64,000 nucleotides of DNA from Priapulus caudatus (lineage: Eukaryota), in NCBI RefSeq assembly GCF_000485595.1, contig NW_014577083.1:792976-856975 (forward strand), given 5' to 3'. The position numbers were made by a program, and so were the translations under genes. The notes beneath the pieces are model-generated. The model saw only the letters and a program-made list of their open reading frames with translations. It was not told the origin of the DNA and made no database searches. Below, piece by piece: positions 39,040 through 51,986 of the stretch; the stretch's first letter is position 1; every line of letters begins with the position of its first letter.

Positions 39040-39090
<51 letters not shown>
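27640..39090 (+). repeat. Copy A of an ~11 kb direct duplication (copy B 50700-62000)
   Basis: Collinear anchors: GGTCCCCTACGAATCTGAG (28284/51201), CTGAATTCGAGAAACGAAGCTGAA (34028/56623), GTCACGAATTTCCCGGATCCTGCGTGTACAATGC (35744/58387), CCACTGTGCCATAGCAAG (38953/61719). Dense indel differences. Confidence 0.92.
30300..30840. mobile_element. Degraded or noisy fold-back MITE
   Basis: Inverted arms around ~30565, e.g. TTTTATCCACAAAGTAAG vs CTTACTTTGTGGATTAAAA and CAGGCTATAGACATTTGTCGGCTGG vs CCAGCGACAAGTGTTCATAGCCCTG. Confidence 0.6.
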
Positions 39091-39094
<4 letters not shown>

Positions 39095-42000
39095 GTACAT
39101 CAGCGCTGCAACATATGGCTCCGAGGTGGAGCTCTATATAGCATCGATTGGGGACTCCGTATATTTCATTCAACAGCAGCTGGGACAGTAATTTAGTGTC
39201 ATAAAGCAAAGTGAGGCCGACAAGCTAGTTAGTGATGGAGATGTGTATAGGCGTGGTGTTTGTAGTTTTAGGTTGAAGACGTATGTTCTCTTCCCACAAG
39301 CCGCAAGTTATTCAAAGGATTCGTGGCATTAATTCTAGCCAGTGCTGTTGGCGCCGCACTCTGACATACATCACCAACAGATGTCCTTTGAGCAGAAGAG
39401 AGGCGGATTCAATACCGACACAATGTCTGAGAGCTTAATTAAGGTCATGGTGAGTGCACTTGTTTCAATTAGAGGCGAGCTTTATTACCGCATATGTGAT
39501 GGGGTCGGGGCCAGAACATATTCCAACCTATATCTTAATATTGGATGACTGTAATAGCTATAATTATCAAGCTATATAGTGATTATCCATTGTATACTAT
39601 AAAGTATTAATACTATAATAAATAATAGATGATACAGACCTAGTGTTGTCTCCTCCCCTTCCGCACTCACACAACGCTTCAGCGAGAACACCTAAATTAG
39701 CCTGTTTAGTTATAGTAGGCAAAGCGCGATCACACAGTTTTTACCCCGGCTATATACATTACTGTGCGTGGTAGATATTAATTATCAGCAAAATAAATAA
39801 ATAAACTATATACCAAGTCATACTCACCCGTATTCCGTCACCCACTCGAATAATAGCCCTGCCGTTATGTTGATTTTCGCTCCACACTAATTGACACGGC
39901 GGAAGTCCGTTGCTGGCTAGTTGAATAACATAATACGGAATGCTCTAGTCCACCCGGCTCCAACCGCGCCGCAAAGTCCTCCCTCTCATTAAGATGCTTT
40001 TGAGCCATTTCTGCGATCACTTTTATTTGCGGTTCGTCTAAATGCGAGTGTTGATACTTTGTAAGGGGGCTATAGTATAGATCTCGTGGCCAGACGTCAT
40101 TTACTAGGCCTAAAAAGATATTAGAGCAAAAATCGTTTATGAATCCACGGTCAGATCAGAAGATGGCGCATTATCACCCGAGTTGGGCAGTCTATCTAAT
40201 CGTACTAACAATCACTTGATGGGAAACACGACATGTATAGCAATTTGGCATGAGTACGCAAGGTGCTAAAATCGACAATTCTATTTGGCACCGAAAAGAT
40301 ATATAGCGAAAGCAAAAGATTATCAAACGGCATATGGCAAACAGATTGCGCGTATGAGAGTTACAAAGGGCGGGGGCTAGATTAAAATTAATTCTTGGTA
40401 TGCTTTTTAATTTTTTATCATTGTAGATTAATTTTACTTGCATCGGCACTGTAGCCGTCGCGTGTTTAAAATACACCATTGTATTTTGCAAAACAAGGTC
40501 TAGGTTAGGAATTTTCGTGCATTATCTTGTATAGTAGGCATACTATCCCAAGGCAGGCGAAACAAAAGCTGGTAGATCAACATAGACTCTAGAAAGTCAA
40601 AATAACCAGCCACGCAACGCGGAATGATGATGAAGTCGACCGATTATTCTGCAGGTTTCGTTTAAATATATAGCAAGTACATAAATCGAAAAACTACGAT
40701 TTCATGAATAACAATTACTATTAAAATCAGCACGCAATAAGATTAAGAAGAAGAAGAAGGAATTGTAAAAGTAACTTGCGATTAAAAAAAATTCAATCGA
40801 ATCTTCAGTATGAATATTTTGTATTTAGATATAGTTTTTCTATAGAGGTAGATATACTTACTTGATAAGCGCGCTTACCATTGGCGCGAGGGCGTAATCG
40901 TCTTCTTCCCTATGCGTACGATTCGGGTCGCAGACTCGAGTCTTCCGGAGCACCGCTCAGCTACTCAAGCCACATCGTAGGATAATGTTCAGACTACATA
41001 TCCACTACGCAAATGTCTCATACATCACTCGCTTAGGGCGAGTTCTCTAAGTCTCAGCAAAAGAATAGGACAATTAGCGGGACAGGCGCTCATTAATGCC
41101 CTTATGACTTTGAGCGCTTGTCGGGTCATCATCCTCATATGTGTTTTTAAAAAAGAGTTGGGAGGCACATCGTTTAATTTGTCAAATTTCTAACCCACAG
41201 TAGCTTCTAACGATCGCTACAGTTCGGGGCTGAAGGGTTGTGTGTAAATTGTGCAGCCATGTCGGGATGTTAATGTAGCTAAGAATAATCAATAACGCTA
41301 TTGACTAATGGCATTCTTCATGATAACTTTGTCGAGCAGTGGTAGGGCGTGTCATAGGCTACCGGTTTCAGCCTTAACTGGAGTAAGGTATACCGCGTCG
41401 CAGTGTTAACATATAATTAATATATCCGTTGACATCAATTAGCAATTGCACCTATTGCGTCGCTTTAAGTAAGAGGGCATTAATCAGGGAAGACCAGCCC
41501 GTGCCTCCAACCATATTTCATAAACGGCTAGATGAAGGCAGCCCGTCTCGGCGATCAACTACATATCTTTACTGGCACGGCCGAAATATTAGGTCTCGCA
41601 ATTTTGGTCCCTCAACATAGAACTGTAAGAAGCGAGGAGGGGAGAGAACTCTAAATTAAGTAGGTTGCGTTAAAAATCGTACTTGCAAGTATTACGTAAT
41701 CTGACGACAGTCTACATCGAGATGCAACGCCCCAGGCTAGTGCCTTGTAGAGGGAATCTTGGAGTCTATTGGATGTTAAGCATCGGTGAAGAGTTTACTA
41801 AGCTTAGGCTTTTAACAAAGAGCGGCGAGGTCAGAATAGACGGCCGTAATCTCTAAAAATTCCGGGGTAACGCTGGTGCTTATAAACCGGTATCAAGGCG
41901 CATTTCATATAAACAATATGGACCCGGGGGGCAATGACAGAAGAAGCGAAACGGGGGCGTGTGTAGGCGGATAGAGAGAGAGAGAGGAGAGATGAGACAA

Positions 42001-43879
42001 GAGAGAGAGATGTAGAGATCAGAGAGAGAGAGTAAGAACGAAGAGTAGATGAGAGAGAGAAAGGAGAGATGAGAGGAGAGAGGACCGAGAGAGATAGAAA
42101 GAAGATGTACAGAGAGAGAGAGATGCAGAGAGAAGAAAGAGAAGAAGAGATGCACGAGTAGGAATGAGAGAAGGAGAGGAGAGAGAGAGAGAAGGAAGAG
42201 AGACACAAGAAGAGTACCGATAAATAGCGGGTTAGCATAGGATGTCTCACTCGGAGCACATAGCCGAGATGGTAGCTAGAAAACGTGCTGTACGAGGCCC
42301 ACTTCATTATGTTTGTTTGTCAGTTTGTCATGTGAGTGTTAGTTGTGCATATATTGTCAGGCTGTATGCTGTCGTGGCCGCATGGCGTACCAACGTGTCT
42401 GGCCCTATATATATATGTATGCAGGGGTTAATGAATGAGCAAATTTGTCGATTAATTAACCGCGGGCTGATACGATAGACAAATCGTCTGGTCGATGAGA
42501 ACCCTACGGGCAAACTTCACAGGCAGAGCTGGCTGTTGCAGTTTTCCCGCATGATAATAAAGAGCCCCGTCCATGTAGCGGATAGAACGAGGGACACCAT
42601 ATGGGCGCAGGCGCATCTGGAACAACGCACATCTTATAAGGTCAGCGCTACCTGGTTTGATTAATTGCGGCAGGCCATCCTCTGGAAAGCTTTGATTGGC
42701 CATCTTTCAGCAGCTTCTTCTGCCACTGCGGAATCGCCGGCGTCGCGGTCTGGCGCCTTTAAAATTAAATAGGTTTGTCATAATTCTTTCATTGGGCAGG
42801 TACGGCGGCCTATGTACGAAAAGAAGCGAACGCTGGGAGTGCATTATGCATTTATACCATTTCTGCATAAGATTTGGGGCGAGGCTTGTGTGTGCTGTTT
42901 GTATCATTACTGCATTATACTATTTTATATGAAGCGATTTAGACGGCCTGCTATAAAGAGTCATCGCATTGCGCGTGATCCCTCCGTGTAATGGTGAAAA
43001 ACGAGCTAATTATATTTGATAGCTATAGATAGACATTATAACCAATAAAGTATTGATGTAAGTGTTTGCAATTACATACTTATACGTTTATCGTATTTAT
43101 AATAGCAATGATCACTGTGACGGGGCAATAATACATTACGAAAATTGATGCGAGAGACGAAAGGAGAGAGAGAGAGAGAGAGAGAGATGCGAGAGAGACG
43201 AGAAGAGAGAAAAAGAGAGAGGGGGCGCGCGCCTTGCAAGGAGAGAGAGACGAGAGACGCAGGAGAGAGAGTAGAGAGAGAGAGAGAGAGAGAGAGAGAT
43301 AAGAGCGAGAGAGAGATGAGAGAGAGAGAGCGCGCGCGAGAGAGAGAGAGAGAGAGATTATAAGAGAGAAGAGAAGATGAGAGATAGAGATGAGAGAGAG
43401 AGAGAGATCGTAGCGCGGCGAGAGAGAGAGAGAGGAGAATAAAGAGATGAGCAGAGAAGAGAGAGACGATAGAGAGAGAGAGAGAGAGATGAGGCGAGAG
43501 GCGAGCGATGTTGAGAGTGTGAGTGAAAGAGAAAAGAGGGAGAGAGAGAGAGAGAGAGCGAGGCGAAGAGCGGAGCGAGAGAGTGAGTGATGCGTGTGGA
43601 GTTGAAAGAGGAAAGAGGGAGAGCGAGAAGGCGGGGCGAAGAGCGAGCGAGAGAGTGTGAAGTGTGAAGTGAAAGAGAAAGAGGGAGAGAGAGAGAGAGA
43701 GAGAGAGAGAAGGCGCGCCCGAGCGAGCGAGAGAGTGTGAGGTGAGAGTGTGGAGTGATAAGAAAAAGGAGAGAGAGAGAGAGAGATGAGACGCGGTGGC
43801 GAGAGGGCGGGCCCGAGAGAGTTGATGAGAGTGTGATACAAAGAAAGAGAGGAGTAGAAAGAAGGAGGGAGAGGAGAGA

Positions 43880-45790
43880 GAGGACAACGACGCGGCACAC
43901 GGGCGGATAAATGCGCAGTCGTTTGGGCTGCCAGCAATAATATAATGTACTATAGGCTGGCTATGTTGGGCACTTATATCGTTGTTCGGTCGCTGAAGTG
44001 CGTAAACATGGGCTTAGTATCGGCACAACCGGTTCTTTACTGCATTTTTATAGGCATGGTGAATGTAAAACCACGGACTGCCTTATATGTGCCCTACAGT
44101 AAGCATGGTGAAGCATTTTGTTTTTCGCCATGCACAAATAATGATCTTCGATCTTGATGTTGATTCGCATGAATCAGGGTGCTGATATAGTAAACGCCTG
44201 AGGGCAAGATGGCACGCGTATCCCCTTCGCGCTAGTCACTATAGCCCTGTGTTGCCTCAGGGGCTATAGTTGAGGCTAGAGGCTAATGGCAACGAGAGCG
44301 CGTAGGAATCGAAGAACGTAGAGGCATGCCTTATGGCGGTGTTTGCCATTGGACGGGCATGATCGGTCTGTCTCAGGGATGCAACATATAGCAGAAAATG
44401 AATGAGAGTAGGGCCTTATGATGATAGTTTGGGCATTGATATTATTTCTAGGTGAGTGATAATAATTAGATTATTATTGATTGTATCTATTAATTATCAG
44501 GCTCCTGATTATTAGGGGGCATGCAGTTGCGGCAAGCGCAGGCCTGAATAGACAGACGCGCAGAGAGAAGCGCGATAATCGCAAACAGGCGGAGGCGTCA
44601 CCGTGGGCGAGGCCGTTTTGCATCTATATAGTTGAAGTTATCGGGCAGCTATGAGTCAGTACTTTATGGCATGTTATGGGCGAAATTATCTTATAGCCTA
44701 AGAAACAACCTATTACGATGTCCGGCATGTAAGGCTGGAGCTGTGGCGGTAGCTGGCGTACGTTATAGGCGGCACTAGGCGTAATCGTCGCAGCGGCCAT
44801 AGTACCTACTTAAAGCAGCTATCCGTAGCACCTGGTGTTCGCTGAATCAAGATGAACACAGCAAAAACATAACGATATGGGCATGAGTTCACGGCAAGGA
44901 GAAGTACCCAATAATAGTATAGGCAACAGTAGGCGTGTTGAAAGGCTGAACGCATTCAGCAGAAAGTGCATGTCTAAGGTTAAACTGTGTCAGCTAATGC
45001 ATGGGCTGGCCCTGCCCTCAAGCGGTCTAGGTATACCTCGCGCGTGCGTATTCGTTTGCCGGCAGCGATATACGTTGGCTCATCGGGCAACGCCGTGTCC
45101 TTTACAAAAAGGGCAATAGGTAAGAGTAAATGTTTGTATAGTGCACATGAAATGGTTTATTATATATTATATATATATATATATATATTATATATAGTAT
45201 TATATATATATGAGCTCTTTTTATTGCGCCTCTCCATTACTTCCCGCAACTGCACTACTTTTGAACTTGAATCTAGTTTAGCGGGGGCATAATTTTGAAG
45301 TAAATTAGGTTTGGGGGCTAGTAATTTCGCGATGTTATGAATTGGCAGCACAACTGCAGGGGCAATATGTAATGCAGTGTCAGGAAGTGTTGCTAAAGAA
45401 TATATATATATATATATAATATATATATATGTGGCAAGCTGCCTCTCGTGTTTCAAAAACTGAGCAGATATTCTCTAACGAGCTATATAATTTTGCGTAA
45501 TCATTGTTCCTGCGAATATTTGTGAGGCATATTATATAGTAATATCGCAAATATGTCGCCGTGAATGGGCAGCACTTGGCGTTGAATGCTCTAGGCATAT
45601 ACACGGGCATGGCATGGGTTAGGCGCCCTTAGTACGGCGGCTGTAGGCCGTTAACCTCTGCCGGCAAGCGTCTTCAAGCACTTGGGTTTCAGATAAGGCG
45701 GCCAGAATCGGCGCGAGATACTTCTGAAAAAAGCATTGATTAGGCAGCATTATATTTACCCACGGCTTTACACAACGCGTGTGCGAATCG
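43880..45790 (-). repeat. Inverted duplicate of 62010-63650
   Basis: CTTCTGAAAAAAGCATTGATT (45721) vs AATCAATGCTTTTTCAGAAG (62049); GCGGATAAATGCGCAGTCGTTTGG (43903) vs CCAAACGACTGCATTTATCCGC (63615). Confidence 0.88.
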
Positions 45791-45968
45791 TTGTTGTTGT
45801 CGTGTGTGTGGTGTGTGTGTGTTGGTGTGTGTGTGTGTGTGTCGTGTTGTTGTATGTGTGTGTGTGTGGTGTGTTGTGTTGTGCTTGTGTGTGTGGTGTG
45901 TGTGTGTGTGTGTTGTGTGTGTTGTGTGTGTGGTTGTTGTGTGTGTGTGTCTAGGCGTGTGTGTGTGA

Positions 45969-46002
<34 letters not shown>

Positions 46003-46059
46003 ATGTGTGTCCGGTGTGCTGTGTTGTGTGTGTTNNNNNNNNNNNNNNNNNNNNNNNNN

Positions 46060-49000
46060 ACAGAGTACATCTTAAAGCACAAGATAATCCTAGTACGATA
46101 CACATGTAAAGGACATAGATTATATACCTGCAACAGATACAAATACAAATAAACAGATAAAGGTTTCCACACCTGTATGTGCCTATATAGCTTTAACACA
46201 AGAAGTAAGCCTGGCTTGCCTGCCTGAATTGTACCAAGAACGAGGTTATACTCCAAAGAATATTAATATTGATTACACAAGCCATCTACAATCCAAGATT
46301 GACAGGGAATAGCATGAAATAAATAGCACCATTACTTATCTGCAGTAAACTGGTATTTCGTTACGAGAATGAGTAACATAGAATACATAGTCGCATTCTA
46401 ACACATTCTAATCCCTTCCTCAAACTGCGTTGAACATTTTGCCAAGTCTTGTTCAGCTACTCTTTGTGGCTGGTTCCGCCTCGTTGCTTCTGCTGCTACT
46501 GCGGACTGCTGTTGGCACTTGCCTCCGCGCTGCCGCTACCCTTGACCTTTGTCCGCGGTGTAGCGTGGCCCATATCAGGCCTGTCCTGTACACAGCAGAG
46601 AAAATTACTGTGGTCAAAAGCAATCCCAATAATTGTCATTGCGTTTTTAGGCACATTATGCTCACATAAATGACGAGGACAGGTGGGCACTAGTACGGTG
46701 AAAGTCGTTGTTATACCAAATACATTTCTCAGCAAATCAGACTTTGCGCTTGAAATCACTCGTAACGAGAACTGCGGCTTACCTTGTTTCTGATCTTAGT
46801 TTGTGCGCGTTCGCTCACTTCCGCGCCCTCTTAGGTCTATCCGTGGCATTGTGTTTCGCCCGAAGCCACCATCCCTTTGTGTTGTTATCAGCTGCATTCC
46901 GTTGTCTTCGCTGCCAGATTTTCAGTTCGCGCCGATCACTGACCTTCGTGTCATCGCTGTCTGTTTGCTACCCACTGACGATCACTCTCGATTGTTCCTG
47001 TCTTACTGTCTTGCTTTCTCGCCTTTTGTATTGCATGCAATGACAAGAATCTTCCGCAGTAATGGTTGCTGGAGGCGGAATGCCTTCTAGAGCTTCCAAC
47101 CTTTGCTGCAGTGCTTCTTTTCTCATCCGGTCCTTCCATCTCTGTCACGGTCTCTAGTATTTTCACTTTTCGCTTCTAGCTTTTTCGCTCTCTCTGTGGC
47201 TTATCTTTGGCTAGATTTCTGTCTTTGTCCTATCTTTGTATTTCTCCTCGGTCCTTGGTGGAAGTCATCGCGCCCTGTCATTCGTGCCGTCTATCCTTGT
47301 CTTTGTTTCTGTAGCTGTAGCTGTCCTGTCGGCTGCCCTGTCTCTATCCCGATCCTGTTTCTGTCCCTGGGGTTATCCCTGTCTCGCATTCTCTCACTGA
47401 ATCTATCCTCACGCTTTGAATTTACTACGATCCTCATTGGCGATCTCTCATCTAGAAGAAGTTTCCTTTCTCTCGGAATATCGGTCCTAATGGGAGATAA
47501 CGCAATAACTGTGTAGTGAGTGTCACAATTTTAGTATTATTTTACATTATTGAAAAGGGAGTTGATATTTTACCATCGACATTATCAAACAGTGTCGAAA
47601 ATTTTAATGAAGATATGTTACTGATGTTAATAGTGAGTCACGATGGGCACTCTTACTTCATACGATTAGAGGTTGCCGCTGTGGTGATGTTATTTTTTTG
47701 CTCTCATAGCAAACGTTCAGAACCAAGTAGTACAGAAACCACGATCATCGCCTGTACATCGTCATACCTTGCCAATTTTAGACTCGCTGTCGCTTCGACC
47801 ATCCCGACTAGGATTGCTGTCTTTTCCTCGCCCGTCTGTCATCATCATTGCGTCTTTGGTCGCACCTTCTTTGTCACTTCCTCTATCCTTGACAGTGTCC
47901 CTCTCCGGATAATCTCCTCGCGTAGTATTCCGTAGCAGCTATAAAGTATATCAGAAATATTCAGAAGTATATTCGGAAGTATATCAGAAACTAAGTGCAT
48001 CATAGATTTACAGTATGCGTGACCCCGTATAAGAGAATAACTACGCCCAAGCTCATTGCATATAAGCATATGCAAAATAAATATACATGTATACTTTAGA
48101 ACTCACTGAAGATGGCACTGCTTAGCATCTTGAACATTTCAATTACTCTTGCTGAATTGCCATGTGCATTGTGAATAAATATCTAACCTACAGTTTCTAT
48201 GAATCTGGAAGAATTTTAATCAAATATGACACCCACTAAATAGTATATAAAATAATCTATCTTAGTTGAATCAGTGAAAAGCGCAGAAATCCCATGACTT
48301 CACACCTTTACATTGTACTTGCTGCTCTCTGTCTTTAGTTTGCTCGTTCATCTGCCTGCTTCGCCTAACACGTCTTTTCCTCTTCTCCTTTTCTTCTCCC
48401 CGCTGACGTTCACGCTCCTTCTCTATGCGCTTACGTCTGCGTTTCTCACGCTGTCTGCGTCGCTCTATCTCTCGTCTGCGACGCTTTCCCTTCTCTCCTC
48501 TCGGACTTTCTAAAACAATGCGGTCAGTTCCAATTATAGCACGGTGCTAGTATAAAGTATAGTGGCCATTTAGACTCTGCAACATATACAATTAAAATTG
48601 GTTTCTAAATCAAGAAACTATTTAGCCATCTTTCTAGAACGTAATAGTTCCTCGCCAGCATGCAACTGTGTTATGCAAATTTTTCAAGGCTATTTTAAGG
48701 TGCTACATTGTCACGTTTCACATAAAGTGTGTTTGTATTCTAACACGCACCTGAAAATTAACAAAAACAATCAGCTCTCTCTATCTGAGCAAGACAAGAA
48801 CCTCTTGCATTTTACAACTTCAACGTAAATCTCTACGTAAATTAGATTGCTAAAAATGACCTCGAGATGAGTCGGATTATGTGTTGGGCACTGTTGGCCA
48901 GGCATTGCCATTATTAAACACATAAAGACCATAAAACATAGAAAGTAATCTAATTTTGGATAATCGAGAATATTTACTGAGAGAGACTGTTTTAAAGATC

Positions 49001-50697
49001 TAATTGGCTGATAAAATGAACTCTGATGACATTATTCCAACATGGCCAAACAATTAGTAAACTCGTCAATATATTCACATATACGTATATTACTATGAGA
49101 GGCATGAGCATTATCTACAGACGAATATATATATTATATAAACTTATTATGATATTCTATATATATAAATAGAAATATATAATACAGTTTACAAATAGTG
49201 TTCATGATGAGATGTGTACCTGCTTTTACAATTTCTTCTGCTTTATGTAACTCAACAATGGTGTGTGACCCTGCATCCATCACAAACAAACCTCAAGATG
49301 TACATACGTAACCAGTAACTTATTATGGGACTGTGACTGCCTATAAATTGTGACTAAGTATGGCCAATTTGACTTTCTGATATATGCCACAGCACAGTGG
49401 CATGCATTTCTACAGCAGAGTTTGGGAGATTAAAGCAAACAATATCACTGTAGTGTATAGCTAATGATTATTAGAGCAGTATGACGTACATGTACAGGTT
49501 CTCCCAGGATGAAATTCAAACAGGGGAGGGGAGGGAGGGGGAGGGAGGGAGGGGAGGAGGGAGGGGGGGACCAGGGGCGTGTTTTTTTTACCGTACACAT
49601 AATATAATGCGTAAAATCGTCACCACACCATACAGTATTTGGCGATTCTTGTATATATAGATAGCCAAGTCGTGCTACAGTTAGTGTTCGGTGTGGGACA
49701 GGTTGACTGTTTCTACTTGTGTATTGTCTGCAGTGCATGCTGGTACTGTAAAAATACACGCGCCGGGTGTCCTGGTCGAATGGGAATTCTTGACGTCGAT
49801 TCCTCGCTGGCAAACTTTTATTGTGGTGGAATTTAAACGGGGCGGAGGTAATTCAAACGGGGCGCAACGATTGAAACAGGGGGGAGTTTTCCCAAACGAG
49901 TCGTGCGCGCCCCGTTTGCGCAACGTAGGGAGAACCCTGACTGTATTAATTGTCATTATTCGATTGAAGGAAACTCCACAGTGAACAACTATGCAATCTA
50001 TATATGGATAGTATAGTGCACTGTGGATATTCCAGGATATTTCTTGTTCCATTGAGTCAATAGATTACAAGAAAACCCAGATTTAAAGGAGTTTCCAATA
50101 GCACATATTAAAATAAGAAACATTTTCTGCTAAATTATTACAAACGAAATGACGCAACACATGAGGTGATTAAAATATGCATTATCTGAGATCGACAATA
50201 AATTAGCTTGGCTAGCTCCCCACTCACACCAACCGCGCTGTGATATCACACACCCATCTAATAGTTTACCTCTGCTTTTATCCCGTTTCTCCATCTCTTC
50301 TAGGTACTGCTCTACCGTCCGTACTGTCACTCTCTGGTGGGTTCAGCAGTTCATCCAGAAATTTCTTATAATCAGTATTCTATAATAAAACAGTAGTAAA
50401 CATCCATGATCAAATTGGCTGTGTTGGTGAAAACGTGGGAACAAAATATTTATTTATCAAGCCTGCCTTTTATCAGGTGCAATTACTTTACTGATATGCG
50501 CATTCAGCTTATCTAGACAGATTCAGCAAGTTATACAAAGATAATAGGGTGCACAACCTAAACTATTTGTGGTGAACACTGAGTATTCATTAGATTACTA
50601 CTGCCCTATGTCTCATCCCTACCATCTCAATTGTTCCAATCTTTGTGTCTTTCTTCTTGAAACTTTATTGCTTCTGTGAATTTTTTGAACATAGAAA
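46060..50697 (-). pseudogene. UPF3: Inverted, frameshift-riddled partial second copy of UPF3 (part of exon 4 to the 3' flank); probably an uncollapsed haplotype or unpolished read rather than a true pseudogene
   Basis: Reverse complement of ~23505-27700 including introns: exon 10 ~46455-46585, exon 9 46783-47486, exon 5 ~50270-50378, exon 4 part 50623-50697. Many 1-bp indels. Confidence 0.85.
49495..49939. mobile_element. hAT-like MITE present only in the second UPF3 copy (intron 5)
   Basis: CAGG(G)TTCTCCC ... GGGAGAACCCTG TIRs; the flanks join seamlessly at ~24250 in the first copy. Confidence 0.75.
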
Positions 50698-50699
50698 GA

Positions 50700-51125
50700 A
50701 AATCTGTTACAGATGTATCTGTTACAGATGTATCTGTTACAGATGTATCTGTTACAGATGTATCTGTTACAGATGTATCTGTTACAGATGTATCTGTATC
50801 AGTTACCGGTATCGGTTACAAGTTTATATACTGTATTTGTTACACGTGTATCTGTATCGGTTACCGTTGTATAACCTGTAACGGTTACAGATGTATAACC
50901 TGTATTTGGTACACGTGTATCTGTGTATGTTGCAAGTGCATAATCAGTATTTGTTACACGTGTATCTGTATATGCTACGGGTTTATAATCTGTATCGGTT
51001 ACAGGTGTATAACCAGTATTTGTTACACATGTATCTGTATATGTTACAGGTATATAATCTGTTACATGTGTATACTTTGTATCCGTTACAGGTATATAAT
51101 TTGTATATGTTACATGTGTATCTGT
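50700..51125. repeat. 15-bp minisatellite (ATCTGTTACAGATGT)n decaying into ~30-bp variants
   Basis: Six near-perfect units at 50702-50795; a noisy equivalent lies at 27645-28205. Confidence 0.9.
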
Positions 51126-51316
51126 TTTCGATTTAGCTATTTGTAAATACTGGTGTAAAAGTGCTTGATTAAGAAGCCTCTGTTGTGTGCTGCATAGGTT
51201 GGTCCCCTACGAATCTGAGTGCAAAACTGTGGATTCTATCGTTTCTCTTGAGAAATCATAAAATATATTGGATAAAACTAATCTGCTACGACGTAATATA
51301 TATATCTAAGGCTTGG

Positions 51317-51737
51317 TTATTACCTCCGCGCAACGGAGTTGCAGGGAGGTAATATGATCGCTCTCGTGTGTGTGTTTGTGTGTGTGTTTGTGTGTGTGTG
51401 TGTAGCCAGCAGCGAGCCAGCTGTTATACACTGTATACATGTTACACGCATTGGCGCGATCAATTCAGCACCAGCTCGCCTTAGGGCGTCCAGTCAGCAG
51501 CAGCCAGCAGCGAGCCAGCTGTTATACACATGTATACATGTTACACGCTCGCAGAGGAATGCACTCTCTTTGAGTGCCCTTTGTCTAGTTATATACTGTT
51601 ACTGTAGTCTCTGTCTCTGGCACACGTACAGTATGCACGCTCGCACGCGCGCGCACACACACTGTCGCTTTCTCTCCCTCTCTCTCCCTCTCTCTCGCCT
51701 TCTCCCCCTCCCTCTCCGTCTCTTCCTCTCTCTCTCG

Positions 51738-51779
<42 letters not shown>

Positions 51780-51986
51780 CTCTCCTATATATATATATAG
51801 TATATATATATATATTCGTATAATATATAGTAATCTGCGGTGCGTGGTGCGTGGCGTGTCGTGCGTCGTGCGTGCGTGCGTGCGTGTTTGTATGTAATCT
51901 GAAGCTGTAGACAACTAACAGTGGCGTTCAATAGTTAGCAGAATCTTAAGGATACTCTCCACCTTTTGCACGGGTATTGCTCTAGT
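51317..51986 (+). mobile_element. Second Helentron-associated-like element (noisy equivalent ~28451-29385)
   Basis: Begins TTATTACCTCCGCGCAACGG..GGAGGTAATATG, then a (GT)-microsatellite and internal repeats; ends ...CGGGTATTGCTCTAGT. Confidence 0.45.

Noticed and set aside
39090..39560. Exon-like frame LYISAATYGSEVELY after (CA)n as a next exon of the secreted-protein gene
   Set aside because: Absent from the corresponding position in copy B; no pyrimidine tract; YGSEV resembles a decayed LINE motif. Not supportable.
46430..50697. A functional UPF3A/UPF3B-like paralog pair
   Set aside because: The second copy lacks exons 1-3, has near-identical introns and random frameshifts; it is not an intact diverged paralog.
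50645..51146. Cys/Tyr-rich (CYRCI)n ORFs resembling metallothionein or keratin-associated proteins
   Set aside because: Translation of the 15-bp minisatellite; not preserved in the other copy at 27645-28205.
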